This document shows positions 1-8,874 of a stretch of 22,157 nt of DNA, piece after piece. Location of the stretch: contig JBGCDR010000394.1 in assembly GCA_045105515.1 (NCBI GenBank), positions 1-22,157 of the forward strand, written 5' to 3'. Numbering within the stretch: position 1 is the first letter of the stretch; each line of letters starts with the position of its first letter. The notes under the pieces are model-generated. The model was not told the origin of the DNA and searched no databases. It saw only the letters and a program-made list of their open reading frames with translations. This stretch comes from Oligoflexales bacterium. Lineage in GTDB: Bacteria > Bdellovibrionota_B > Oligoflexia > Oligoflexales > Bog-1112. A program made the translations under genes and the position numbers.

Positions 1-211
1 TTTGCAGGTTTTCAATGGTTTCCTCTGAACAGTGATTTTTTCTCGGACAGGGCATTAGCAACTCCTAAACTAATTTTGGCTTAGGAAAAATATAATAATT
101 TACGGGATGATTTTTCAACAATGGTAGGATTGGTAGTTACGTTTCGTCTTGCTAAGGACGGGTTTAAATACTGCAAGAATTTATAATTTTTATTGGAAAA
201 TAAAAAATTGA

Positions 212-1367
212 GAGGGTTTTAAATTATGGTGTCAATCAGCTCTAGCTATTAGGAATTCTGACTATCTCTGGAACAAGAAAAAACTAAGTGTTTGTTGGGA
301 AAATGGTAATGATAAAAATGGAGGTAGGTTAATTACTCAACAAATAGTAACTTCAGAATTTGTAAAGCTTGGTTTCAATTTTACTGGTTGGAAGACCTGT
401 GATAGCAATGGTGCAAATATAAGGATCGTGGTTGGAGATAACTTTTGGCCTGGTGTGAGTGTGATAGGGAATAGATTGAACAACAAGATAAACGGTATGA
501 GTTTGACATTTACTTTTGATTATGCGAGCCCATCAGGGTGGGCTTATCGCTGTAAAACAAACCCTAATTATAGAGACAGCTGCATAAGAAATTATGCTTT
601 ACATGAATTTGGTCACGCTATTGGTTTAGAACATGAAGCAAATCGATCAGACGCAACATGCTCAGAATCTACTAATCAAGCAGTGATTTCTATAGGTAAC
701 TATGATGCAAACTCGATCATGAATTATTGTAACAACAAGAAATATATTCAAAATAATTGGAAGCCCAAACTCTCTGTAATGGATGTTTCAGAAATTAAAA
801 AATTGTATGCATTTAATTCTAATTTAGATTCAGGTTCTACAGGTTCTAATATTTCCAGTGAATTTGGTCAGAATTTTGTTAAAGACAGGTTCTGGCAACA
901 ATATAAGTTTTTCAATTAATAGCTTATCATGCCCTGCTAATGGAGATAATTCCGGTGTTGAGAGTGCTAATAGTTTTAATTTCTTCAATGGATCAGTCAT
1001 AGTGAAACTTTCACTTGATGTTGGGATTTCAAATCATTCACAGTATTTCGGTATTGAAGGTCCTGGTGGAAATCTCTACATAAGGATGTTCCAGTGGGGT
1101 AATACTTATCAGCTAAAGGCGTGTCACAATTCTACAGATCTTGTACATAAGAGCTATAGCTCTGGCAACGACAAATATTTAAAGATTTCTCATGAAGCTA
1201 CTTACAACAGGGTTACCTTTTCCACATCATCCAATGGTGCTAGCTGGACCTCATTTGGGCAAACAACTTTTACTGGCACCAATGGAATGAAGTTAATTTA
1301 TGATTGCGGAAATACAGCTTCTACGATTCAAAATGTAGAAATTAACAATGTAGAAAAAAGCTTTTGA
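212..1367 (+). pseudogene. Disrupted secreted metzincin-like zinc metalloprotease with a C-terminal beta-rich domain (ORFs 428..919 and 858..1367)
   Basis: HEFGHAIGLEHE zinc motif and a YDANSIMNYC Met-turn. The 428 frame stays open upstream to a TGA at 209-211 (..WCQSALA-IRNSDYLWNKKKLSVCWENG..GWKTC..IRI) with no in-frame ATG. Removing one base near the AAA at 881-883 joins ..QNFVK to TGSGNNISF.. of the second ORF. This could be a real pseudogene or assembly indels. Confidence 0.65.
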
Positions 1368-1627
1368 TTGTGATGCCACGGTTTATGTTAGAATTGGCTT
1401 TACTGAGCTTAAATTAAGAATTTAATTGAAGACATGGGTAAAAATGTGTAAAAAATGATATCTCCGAACTTATTCTCTAAGTCATGCGCTTCTATTAAAT
1501 ATTTCCTCGAATAAATAAAGACATACAAATCAGCTATTAAAACCTTGGTGAATTGACCGCAAAGAAAGATGTGGGGTGTTTGGTCTATTTGTGGTTTTAT
1601 GGGCTAGTATTAAACAGGTTGCTACCA

Positions 1628-2665
1628 ATGAATGAAAAAAAATACTCACAGTCTATACATAAGACGTTTGCAGGCGTTTTTTTATATATTTTTCTTTATA
1701 TTTTGTTCGTTGTAATCTTTCAGTATTTTGTGCAAGCTGATTGTCTTCACCAGCCATGTAACAGTGAAGGTATTGATAATACAAGCATTGGATGGGCAAC
1801 AGATTTTTATATCTCCCTTTGTATGTTTGCTATGGGCTACCATTTATTGCTCGATAATAAATCGAATAAATCCATTGCAGTTCCTGCAGCATTAGCTCAA
1901 ATTTCAGCTGGGATAGGATATCTTGCAGGTGGCATAACCCATATTTACTTCCCCAACAATGCTGTTGGGGACGGATATGGTATGGCTGAGTTTTATATAT
2001 TATGGGTAATTGGGTACACTTTACTAACATGTTCATGTGGATTTCTTTGTCTATTTGCAGGTCGAATTATTCTCAACAAGAAGAATTCTGAGGATGGCGT
2101 TAAGGAGTCCAAACCTACGTTCTCTAGAGTGCTGACTTCACGATTGATGACAACTTCCTTTATAGGGACCGCATTTTCTTGCATATTTATTGTATTAGGC
2201 TGTTTTTGGTGCTTGTTTTCATCGGATATTACATTTACAGATAGTATAATGGATCAAATGCCAAATATTGGTGAGTCACCTGCCTGTACTGATTTGATCT
2301 TTGTTGGAGAAGGCTTATGGTTTATCATGTTCTCTACATTTACCATACCATGGAGCATATTACTCTTTAACCATAGTGTGAAGAATAAACTTAATGATCA
2401 TATTTTTAGTAAGCAACCGTGGTGGTTAGGATTGAAACCTTCCTTAGCAGCAATTTTGTGTCCTATAGTGATGTGGACTATTGGATATATGTATATTGCT
2501 TGGGTACAAGTTGTCGTGCTTATTACCAAGCATGATAACATTGCTCTACTCTATCGAGATATGCATGGAGCAGTTATAAATCATTTAGGCATAGGTTTAT
2601 TCTTCTACTTATGCTATATAGTTGCCTGGAAACTTTCATCTAATTATAATCATGATATGCAATGA
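1628..2665 (+). CDS. Hypothetical multi-pass membrane protein (about 7-8 TM segments)
   Basis: Long ORF with repeated hydrophobic stretches. The ATG at 1628 (MNEKKY..) is more plausible than the TTG at 1553. Confidence 0.75.
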   Translation: MNEKKYSQSIHKTFAGVFLYIFLYILFVVIFQYFVQADCLHQPCNSEGIDNTSIGWATDFYISLCMFAMGYHLLLDNKSNKSIAVPAALAQISAGIGYLAGGITHIYFPNNAVGDGYGMAEFYILWVIGYTLLTCSCGFLCLFAGRIILNKKNSEDGVKESKPTFSRVLTSRLMTTSFIGTAFSCIFIVLGCFWCLFSSDITFTDSIMDQMPNIGESPACTDLIFVGEGLWFIMFSTFTIPWSILLFNHSVKNKLNDHIFSKQPWWLGLKPSLAAILCPIVMWTIGYMYIAWVQVVVLITKHDNIALLYRDMHGAVINHLGIGLFFYLCYIVAWKLSSNYNHDMQ

Positions 2666-2772
2666 GTGAAAAAAGATCTCCAAATTGTTAGCATTGTAAG
2701 CTATCGTCTGATATACCTTCTTACTTTGGTCGCATACCATAAATTTATTCTGTTCATGATAATGAGTGTTTG

Positions 2773-3465
2773 ATGGAAGTTTGTTTTATTCTGGTAAAGC
2801 CACAAAGGCCAGCGAATATTGGAGCATGTGCTCGGGCAATGAAGGTTATGGGCTTTTGCAATCTACGCTTGGTCGAACCTTGCAATGATTGGGATAAAGA
2901 ACAATATACGGCCCATGGGTCTGCAGATTTACTGCAAGGTGCTGAGGTTTTTTCAAATCTTGCAGAAGCAGCTAAGGATTGTCAGCTTCTTATAGGCACC
3001 ACTGCTCGTAAGAGAGGATTGGTAAAAACTGTGGTTGATAGCCGCAATTTATCCTCAATGCTTACCAATAAACACCCTGAGGCTAAAAAGATAGCTTTGG
3101 TATTCGGTTGTGAGGCCAGTGGACTATCTAATAATGACCTTGATTTGTGTGATATCGGTTCTTCCATTCCCTTGCGTAATCCCTACCCTTCTTGCAATCT
3201 TGCACAAGCAGTTATGATTTATGCTTACGAATTTGGTCTTGGCCTGGATAATCAAGCTTTGAGTCGTCGTAAGAGTTTTCCTCACCCCAATGATTTACAT
3301 AGCTTAAAATCTAAACTCAAGGAATTTTTGCCAGGATTAGGGGTAAGGCCTAGTTCCACTTTATTTAAAAAGGTAATGGACCGGCTTGCACAGCTCAATC
3401 AAGACGATCGTGAAATTGTCTTCTGTTTGAAGAATTTTATAGATAAGAAGCTGATGAATAAATAA
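2773..3465 (+). CDS. lasT: SPOUT tRNA/rRNA methyltransferase, TrmJ/LasT family
   Basis: ILVKP..NIGACARAMKVMGF, AHGS, GTTAR, ALVFGCEASGLSN and YPSCNLAQAVMIYAYE. The AHGS and YPS motifs resemble LasT/YjtD more than TrmJ. Confidence 0.85.
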   Translation: MEVCFILVKPQRPANIGACARAMKVMGFCNLRLVEPCNDWDKEQYTAHGSADLLQGAEVFSNLAEAAKDCQLLIGTTARKRGLVKTVVDSRNLSSMLTNKHPEAKKIALVFGCEASGLSNNDLDLCDIGSSIPLRNPYPSCNLAQAVMIYAYEFGLGLDNQALSRRKSFPHPNDLHSLKSKLKEFLPGLGVRPSSTLFKKVMDRLAQLNQDDREIVFCLKNFIDKKLMNK

Positions 3466-3486
3466 CCTTGATGAGGGGAAATTCCG

Positions 3487-3646
3487 AAATCCTTGCTACC
3501 AGGTGGAAAGATTGAGGCTTCTGGTTATTTACAAAATTTCGTATGCAGCTAGAGTAGGCTGCATCTTGAAGGGTTTCTCTTCCAGCCTGATTAGGGGATG
3601 AACATCGCTAATGCTTACTTTTTAATCTCGTAGTAAGCAAGGACAT
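3487..3646 (+). ncRNA. Candidate structured ncRNA, rod-like, possibly 6S-like
   Basis: Nested complementarities: TCCTTGCT 3490-3497/AGCAAGGA 3636-3643; AGATTGAGG 3509-3517/TTTTAATCT 3620-3628 (G-U pairs favour the + strand); CTGG 3521-3524/CCAG 3582-3585; ATGCAGC 3543-3549/GCTGCAT 3558-3564; side hairpin ATTAG 3590-3594/CTAAT 3608-3612. No ORF is listed here. Confidence 0.35.
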
Positions 3647-3953
3647 GTTGGGAAAATATGCTTATAAAAAGGAAAGCGATAAAATTGCCCAACTATCATA
3701 GACTACCTTAGGGGTTAAAATAAAAATTCAAGATCTACTGAAAATTGGCCCTGCATAATATTAAGCTTTGCTGTTACTTGTTTGATTGACTCTCTGTCAA
3801 CGGAAAAGTCCTTTTTCTTAGATACAAAGTCTGGATTTTCTATTGGCATCTGTTATTCCGTAAATATAAGATGCCTGCGTTGCTTTAATCGTATTTCTGC
3901 CGTAAACTTATCTTTATCAAATTCTTTAGAAAAATAAATACTCGAGGTCATCA

Positions 3954-5432
3954 ATGGAGTTTGACCTGAAGAGCCGGGTGCGTGATCGCAATCAGCTTGA
4001 AGTGACTTTAATTTATTCGCAAGACAAGTATGGGCAGAACGTAAAGCGCCAGCAGCTGGACCTAGATTTTTTTTTGTTTACCCCTAAACATCTTGGCATA
4101 ACAAATGAACTAAAGAAAAAAAGGGGCAAGCAATTATTTACTAATTATATGCGCTTAGCATCACCACTGGATGCATCATTTCAAAATTGTGAACTAGATT
4201 ATAGTGAACGTTATTTGAGTTTAGGCTCGAAAATGGCAGAAAAGGACCAGATAAAAAAACGGGTTATTTACGAATCTAAACTATTTACTAGCTACTTAGA
4301 TCACACTTTTAAAGATCTCCTGCACAAACAAGAATGTGTAAAAAGTCTGCCTGATTGTTACGAAACTCTCAAAATATACCGAAAGAAATATGTAAGGCCA
4401 ATTAACCTTCTAAGTAGTTTAAGCAGTACAGATATTATAGATGCTTTTAATTTTTCTGATGAATACCTCTCAAATCGTGTCATGTTGTTATTGTTGCAGC
4501 TTAAAATAAGTGATGAAGAGAAGAAACAGGTACTTTTAGCGGAAGTAATCTATCGTCAAGAATATTTAAAAAATGCACCTAAAATAGATAGAAATAGGGA
4601 CGTCGAATTCTATAGAGTTCATCTTTCTCGGTTAAAAGACTATATTTTTAAAAGTTTGTTTTTGCGATTAAAAGAAATTAAAACTGAGAAAATATACAAG
4701 AATTTGTTTGCTAGTATTGCTGCAGCATTTGCTGCTGTATTTGCTAATCTAACTCGAGTTGAACAGTTTCAAGGGGCACAAGACTTTGGTTTAAAATTTT
4801 ATACTTTATTTGCTATAGCTGTGCTCGCATATGTGTTCAAGGACCGAATTAAAGATTATGTCAAGGAATATTTTAATGCATGGTTTAAAGATCGTGTGCC
4901 TGATCGTGAGTTTAAAATTCTTTACAAATCTATTCCGAAGCAGGGAGATTTAGATGAACAGGTACTGGGTAAGGTTAAGGAGTATTTTAAATTTAATGAT
5001 TTAGGAGCGATTCCTTGTGAAATAAAATACCTAAAACAGATCATTGAGCGTGAAGATCGAAGTGTCAAGGCAGAATCAAGTGTGATTCATTATCGTAAGC
5101 GGATAGAAATTGACCCCGGTTCATCCAAAGGGACTAGACAGGCGAATCCAGGCTTTATCGATCAGTTTCTTATTAATACCAATGATTTTCTTCCGCATCT
5201 TGGTGATCCAAACAAAAGCTTTATAATTCCAGATGAAAATGGTCAATCCCGTTCAGTTGAAACTTCTAAGAGTTACTATTTTGATTTACTTTTGCGTATT
5301 TCAGTGCAGGATGCAAAAGGATCGCGCAAAGAGCGTTTAGAAGCAATTCGCCTGGTAGTTAACAAGCTTGGGATCCTTCGGATGAAGGATCTAGTACCCG
5401 AGAAAAAGTTTTTATACGAGGTGAATTATTAA
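3954..5432 (+). CDS. Hypothetical protein with two central TM helices (YVFKDRIKD after the second helix)
   Basis: 492-aa ORF with a GAGGT RBS upstream. Hydrophobic segments LFASIAAAFAAVFANL and FYTLFAIAVLAYVF. Its stop overlaps the next start (TAATG). Confidence 0.8.
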   Translation: MEFDLKSRVRDRNQLEVTLIYSQDKYGQNVKRQQLDLDFFLFTPKHLGITNELKKKRGKQLFTNYMRLASPLDASFQNCELDYSERYLSLGSKMAEKDQIKKRVIYESKLFTSYLDHTFKDLLHKQECVKSLPDCYETLKIYRKKYVRPINLLSSLSSTDIIDAFNFSDEYLSNRVMLLLLQLKISDEEKKQVLLAEVIYRQEYLKNAPKIDRNRDVEFYRVHLSRLKDYIFKSLFLRLKEIKTEKIYKNLFASIAAAFAAVFANLTRVEQFQGAQDFGLKFYTLFAIAVLAYVFKDRIKDYVKEYFNAWFKDRVPDREFKILYKSIPKQGDLDEQVLGKVKEYFKFNDLGAIPCEIKYLKQIIEREDRSVKAESSVIHYRKRIEIDPGSSKGTRQANPGFIDQFLINTNDFLPHLGDPNKSFIIPDENGQSRSVETSKSYYFDLLLRISVQDAKGSRKERLEAIRLVVNKLGILRMKDLVPEKKFLYEVNY

Positions 5433-7204
5433 TGGAGCAGACACTATATCCGTTGACAGGTTTGGCTGTTTTTCTTTTTTCTTTAAGGTTTTTGACAAGA
5501 TCAATCGACGAATCGATAGCCAATCGCATCACTCCATTTCTCCAAAGAATCGATGGAGGGCTTTTTACCCCCCTATTTAGTGGTTTATTTTTAACTATTA
5601 TTTTTCAAGCAAGTAGCATTGCTATTATTACGGTTATGGCTTTGGTTGGTAGGGGGTTGCTAAGTTTACGATCAGGTATCTATGTCATGATGGGGGCAAC
5701 CATTGGTACCGCTATCAAATCCTGGGTATTCGCTACCGAGACTTTAATGCTGGGATATTTTCTGATCATAGCATCTTCAATTTGTTTGCTTGTGGTACGT
5801 CATCATTACAAAAGGCAAACATTTGAGCTGTCTCTTTCGATAGGCTTTATGTTCCTTGGATGGAATATGCTGGTCACAGGCGCACCTAAACTACTGCCTG
5901 GATCTTTTATCGAAGAGTTATTTTTATTTGGTGGTAGTGACAGTGAATTCCAAAACCTATGCTTGGCTTTTGCAATTGGATTTGTTGTTACGGTTTTGGT
6001 GCAATCTTCTTCTACCGTTATCTTGCTTTTGATAGGCTTAGCTCATAGTGGGCAGACCTCGCTTATTCTTGGAACAGCAGGAATTTTAGGTGCCAATGTG
6101 GGCACAACTATAACCGAATTAGTGGCTTCTATTGAATACCGAGCTCGAGTTAAAAAAATTGCTTTGGCTCACTTTATAATCAAGGGTATAGGAGCGTGCT
6201 TTGCTATACTTTTCCTAAATACCTTTCTTAATACCGTAAATCTTATTTTTTTCGGCTTGCTAGGTGATTTACCCTTACCTTTCCAGTTTTCTTTAGTCCA
6301 TATTGGATTTAATTTGATTAATGTGAGTATTTGGACTATTGCGAGTCCCCTTCTTTTCAAGATTCTAGAAAATTTTACTTCTGAAGAAGTGGCGAGGAGT
6401 AATTTATGGCTTTCAGACCCGGTGCGCAACCTCCTTAAACAAGTACCAGATCAAGCATGGGTAGAGATTCGCGAACAGTGGAAAAACCTCAAAGAACGAG
6501 TCAAGATAGCTGAAGATCAGGTATTTGCAATTGTCAGTAGTGGTAGGTATCCAACTAAATTTGTGGATACAGATGAAATTCTTAATCATTTTCGTTCCAT
6601 AGAAGAGATTGTATTAGGCCTCCTCAGACAAGAGGGTTATCACAACCAAGACGTTGCTAGAATACTTTCTGACTTTAGGCATCTGCGTTTAATATATGGA
6701 GATATTTTGGCTCTCAAAACTTTTTTGGATTCAGTCCCTTTGTCCAAACTTAGAAAAGTGAGTCTTCAGGTACATGAACAGCTTGTTGCCATCGATAAAA
6801 AAAGGGATGAACTTTGGAATGCCATTTTCCTTGAAGAAAAGGCAAAAAAAACTGGAAAAATACAAAAGCATGTGCTGCGTAATTTGGAACACCAAATTTT
6901 ACAAGTTTGCGGAGATCACAAGAATGTAAATCCAGAGATAGTTCGGATAACTTATCAGCTAAGCACCAAGATTTTGAGTATCCTACAGCGTATTATATCT
7001 TTAGCTAGGTATGATCGCTATTATAATCGTTCTCTTAGCCAGCTTGAAGATGCTAAGTTGGAATTCCATAAAGAACAGGCTAAAACACTTACACTCAAAG
7101 CTCAGAAGCTTACCCAACATGCCAAGGCTTCTGAACCAGGCACTAGGGCTCTTCCTGCAGATACCTCTCCGAAGGATTCAAGGGGTGAAGGCTATGATCA
7201 ATAA
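5432..7204 (+). CDS. Na/Pi cotransporter family protein (NptA/YjbB-like) with a helical, possibly PhoU-like C-terminal region
   Basis: Duplicated signature repeats QASS..MGATIGT and QSSS..LGANVGTT, followed by ALAHF and HIGFN motifs and a soluble helical tail. Confidence 0.88.
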   Translation: MEQTLYPLTGLAVFLFSLRFLTRSIDESIANRITPFLQRIDGGLFTPLFSGLFLTIIFQASSIAIITVMALVGRGLLSLRSGIYVMMGATIGTAIKSWVFATETLMLGYFLIIASSICLLVVRHHYKRQTFELSLSIGFMFLGWNMLVTGAPKLLPGSFIEELFLFGGSDSEFQNLCLAFAIGFVVTVLVQSSSTVILLLIGLAHSGQTSLILGTAGILGANVGTTITELVASIEYRARVKKIALAHFIIKGIGACFAILFLNTFLNTVNLIFFGLLGDLPLPFQFSLVHIGFNLINVSIWTIASPLLFKILENFTSEEVARSNLWLSDPVRNLLKQVPDQAWVEIREQWKNLKERVKIAEDQVFAIVSSGRYPTKFVDTDEILNHFRSIEEIVLGLLRQEGYHNQDVARILSDFRHLRLIYGDILALKTFLDSVPLSKLRKVSLQVHEQLVAIDKKRDELWNAIFLEEKAKKTGKIQKHVLRNLEHQILQVCGDHKNVNPEIVRITYQLSTKILSILQRIISLARYDRYYNRSLSQLEDAKLEFHKEQAKTLTLKAQKLTQHAKASEPGTRALPADTSPKDSRGEGYDQ

Positions 7205-7547
7205 ACATCCATAGGGATCTTGAATATGGGAAGAAAGCGATTGCTGCTAGGATGCTTCCCATGCTGGTAAAGCCAAGAAGAGAGTATGATGAAAAACTCG
7301 GAAAAAGGAACAGTCCTAGCAAGCCGCAGCAAAGTGCTGAAAAACCGATAAACCCATATCCTATGACCCAAGCTGCTCCGCTGAAATAACCTACTTCGCG
7401 CTCGTATCGGTATGCGCATGCCTTACAACCTTGACGAAAATGAAACCAACTTCCTTTTTGGAGCAAAGGTTCCTTCCCACATAGAACACATTTTAGTTGA
7501 AGCGCATGGATTAGCTTAGGCTTCTTATTTTGATCTCGATTGTTCAT
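7143..7547 (-). CDS. DUF983-like zinc-ribbon membrane protein
   Basis: CVLCG..CKAC zinc ribbon, YEREVGYFSGA, two TM helices and a YSRSLW tail. Confidence 0.75.
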   Translation of the reverse strand: MNNRDQNKKPKLIHALQLKCVLCGKEPLLQKGSWFHFRQGCKACAYRYEREVGYFSGAAWVIGYGFIGFSALCCGLLGLFLFPSFSSYSLLGFTSMGSILAAIAFFPYSRSLWMFIDHSLHPLNPSERYLQEEP

Positions 7548-7628
7548 AGGGGCTGACTCACTACTTTATTGGCCAGTTTAACTGGTCGAATGAGGGGTGT
7601 TGATTTAATAAATTTATTATATCGGATA

Positions 7629-7648
7629 GTTACAATTTGTAACAAGTT
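7629..7648. promoter_or_regulatory. Putative OmpR-family operator
   Basis: 10-bp-period direct repeat GTTACAATTT/GTAACAAGTT, also palindromic (GTTAC-N5-GTAAC), in the divergent intergenic region upstream of the Spy/CpxP two-component operon. Confidence 0.5.
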
Positions 7649-7734
7649 TTCATTTTTTAGCAAAGCTTAGCTCCGATGATAGGTATATGTTCGCTAGATG
7701 GCTAGCAGATAAACTTTAACTAAAGGATGCTAAC

Positions 7735-8169
7735 ATGAAACTAAAAAGACTAAAGAAAATTATTTTCGGATCATTTTTAGGACTTTCACTGGTTGCACTT
7801 ACCGGGTGTTTTCGTCACAAAACTCCAGAACAAAAATTGGCATATATGAGTGAAAAGGTGGAAGAAAAGCTAGAGCTCAATCAAAGCCAAAAACTAAAGC
7901 TTAAGGAGTTTTCAGATACAGTACTTGTTCATTATGACCAAGGGAAAAACTTACGCAAAAATAATAAAGAAAAAGTATTTGCTTTGCTGGGAGGACAAAA
8001 AATTGACCGCGGAGAGGCGAAAAGTCTGCTGGACAGTAGCGAAGTATTCTTAAGCGGAAGTGCTCAAGATATTTTGGATAAATTTATTGACTTCCATGAT
8101 ACCCTTGATGATAAACAAAGGCAAAAAATTGCAGAATTCGTTGCTAAGTACAAAAATAGACATGATTGA
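7735..8169 (+). CDS. Spy/CpxP-family lipoprotein
   Basis: Lipobox LTGC, two LTxxQ-like motifs (LELNQSQK, TLDDKQRQK), AAGGA RBS, and position directly upstream of a regulator/kinase pair. Confidence 0.78.
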   Translation: MKLKRLKKIIFGSFLGLSLVALTGCFRHKTPEQKLAYMSEKVEEKLELNQSQKLKLKEFSDTVLVHYDQGKNLRKNNKEKVFALLGGQKIDRGEAKSLLDSSEVFLSGSAQDILDKFIDFHDTLDDKQRQKIAEFVAKYKNRHD

Positions 8170-8186
8170 TTTTAACGGAATGACTC

Positions 8187-8873
8187 GTGAGCCCTAAGAT
8201 ACAAATTCTCATGATTGATGACGATGTGAAGCTGACGGAGATACTTGCTGAGTATCTTCGTCAGTTTGGATATTTAGTTCAAGGTGCAAGTCACCCTGAA
8301 AGGGGTATAGCAATGATCAACAAAATTAGACCTGAATTAGTCATCTTGGACGTAATGTTGCCAGATAAAGATGGGTTTACGGTTTGTCGGGAACTTAGAG
8401 CTACGAGTCAGATTCCTATAATCATGTTGTCCGCTAGAGGAGAAGTTACAGATAGGATCGTAGGTCTGGAAATGGGAGCAGATGACTATTTAGCTAAACC
8501 TTTTGAACCCAGGGAGTTACTTGCAAGGATTCAAAGCATTTTGAGGCGAAAGCAGGCAAATTATAGTAATAGTATGACTAAAATTGGAGAACTAGTCCTC
8601 GATATGGATAAGCGTAGTGTTAAGCTTCAGGGGGAAGATCTTGAGTTGACTACAGCTGAATTTGAAGTCTTGGCATTATTGATGCAAAATCCCGAAAGAG
8701 TATTCAACCGCGACCAAATCAGTGATGCTCTAAAAGGCTCCGATTGGGTTAGTTTTGATAGATCGGTGGATGTACTGATTAGTAGGTTAAGACAAAAACT
8801 TAAAGATTCTGCAAAAAAACCAAAGTACCTGAAAACCATTTGGGGAACTGGTTACAAATTTATTGGGACCTAA
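8187..8873 (+). CDS. OmpR/CpxR-family response regulator
   Basis: IDDD, LVILDVMLP (phospho-Asp), GADDYLAKPF and winged-helix DRSVDVLISRLRQKL..TIWGTGYKF. Confidence 0.95.
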   Translation: MSPKIQILMIDDDVKLTEILAEYLRQFGYLVQGASHPERGIAMINKIRPELVILDVMLPDKDGFTVCRELRATSQIPIIMLSARGEVTDRIVGLEMGADDYLAKPFEPRELLARIQSILRRKQANYSNSMTKIGELVLDMDKRSVKLQGEDLELTTAEFEVLALLMQNPERVFNRDQISDALKGSDWVSFDRSVDVLISRLRQKLKDSAKKPKYLKTIWGTGYKFIGT

Positions 8874-8874
8874 A

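Noticed and set aside
36..125. Possible IS terminal repeat (TTTTCTCGGACAGGGC) and a TCCTAA/TTAGGA hairpin at the left edge
   Set aside because: No partner inverted repeat, target duplication or transposase is visible in the window.
3570..3592. SRP RNA domain IV-like TCAGGCTGGAAGAG on the minus strand
   Set aside because: The conserved AGCA after the GNRA hairpin is absent and the stem is too short.
3786..3800. TTGAC-N5-GTCAA palindrome as an FNR/CRP-type site
   Set aside because: Spacing and sequence differ from TTGAT-N4-ATCAA, and one short palindrome is expected by chance.
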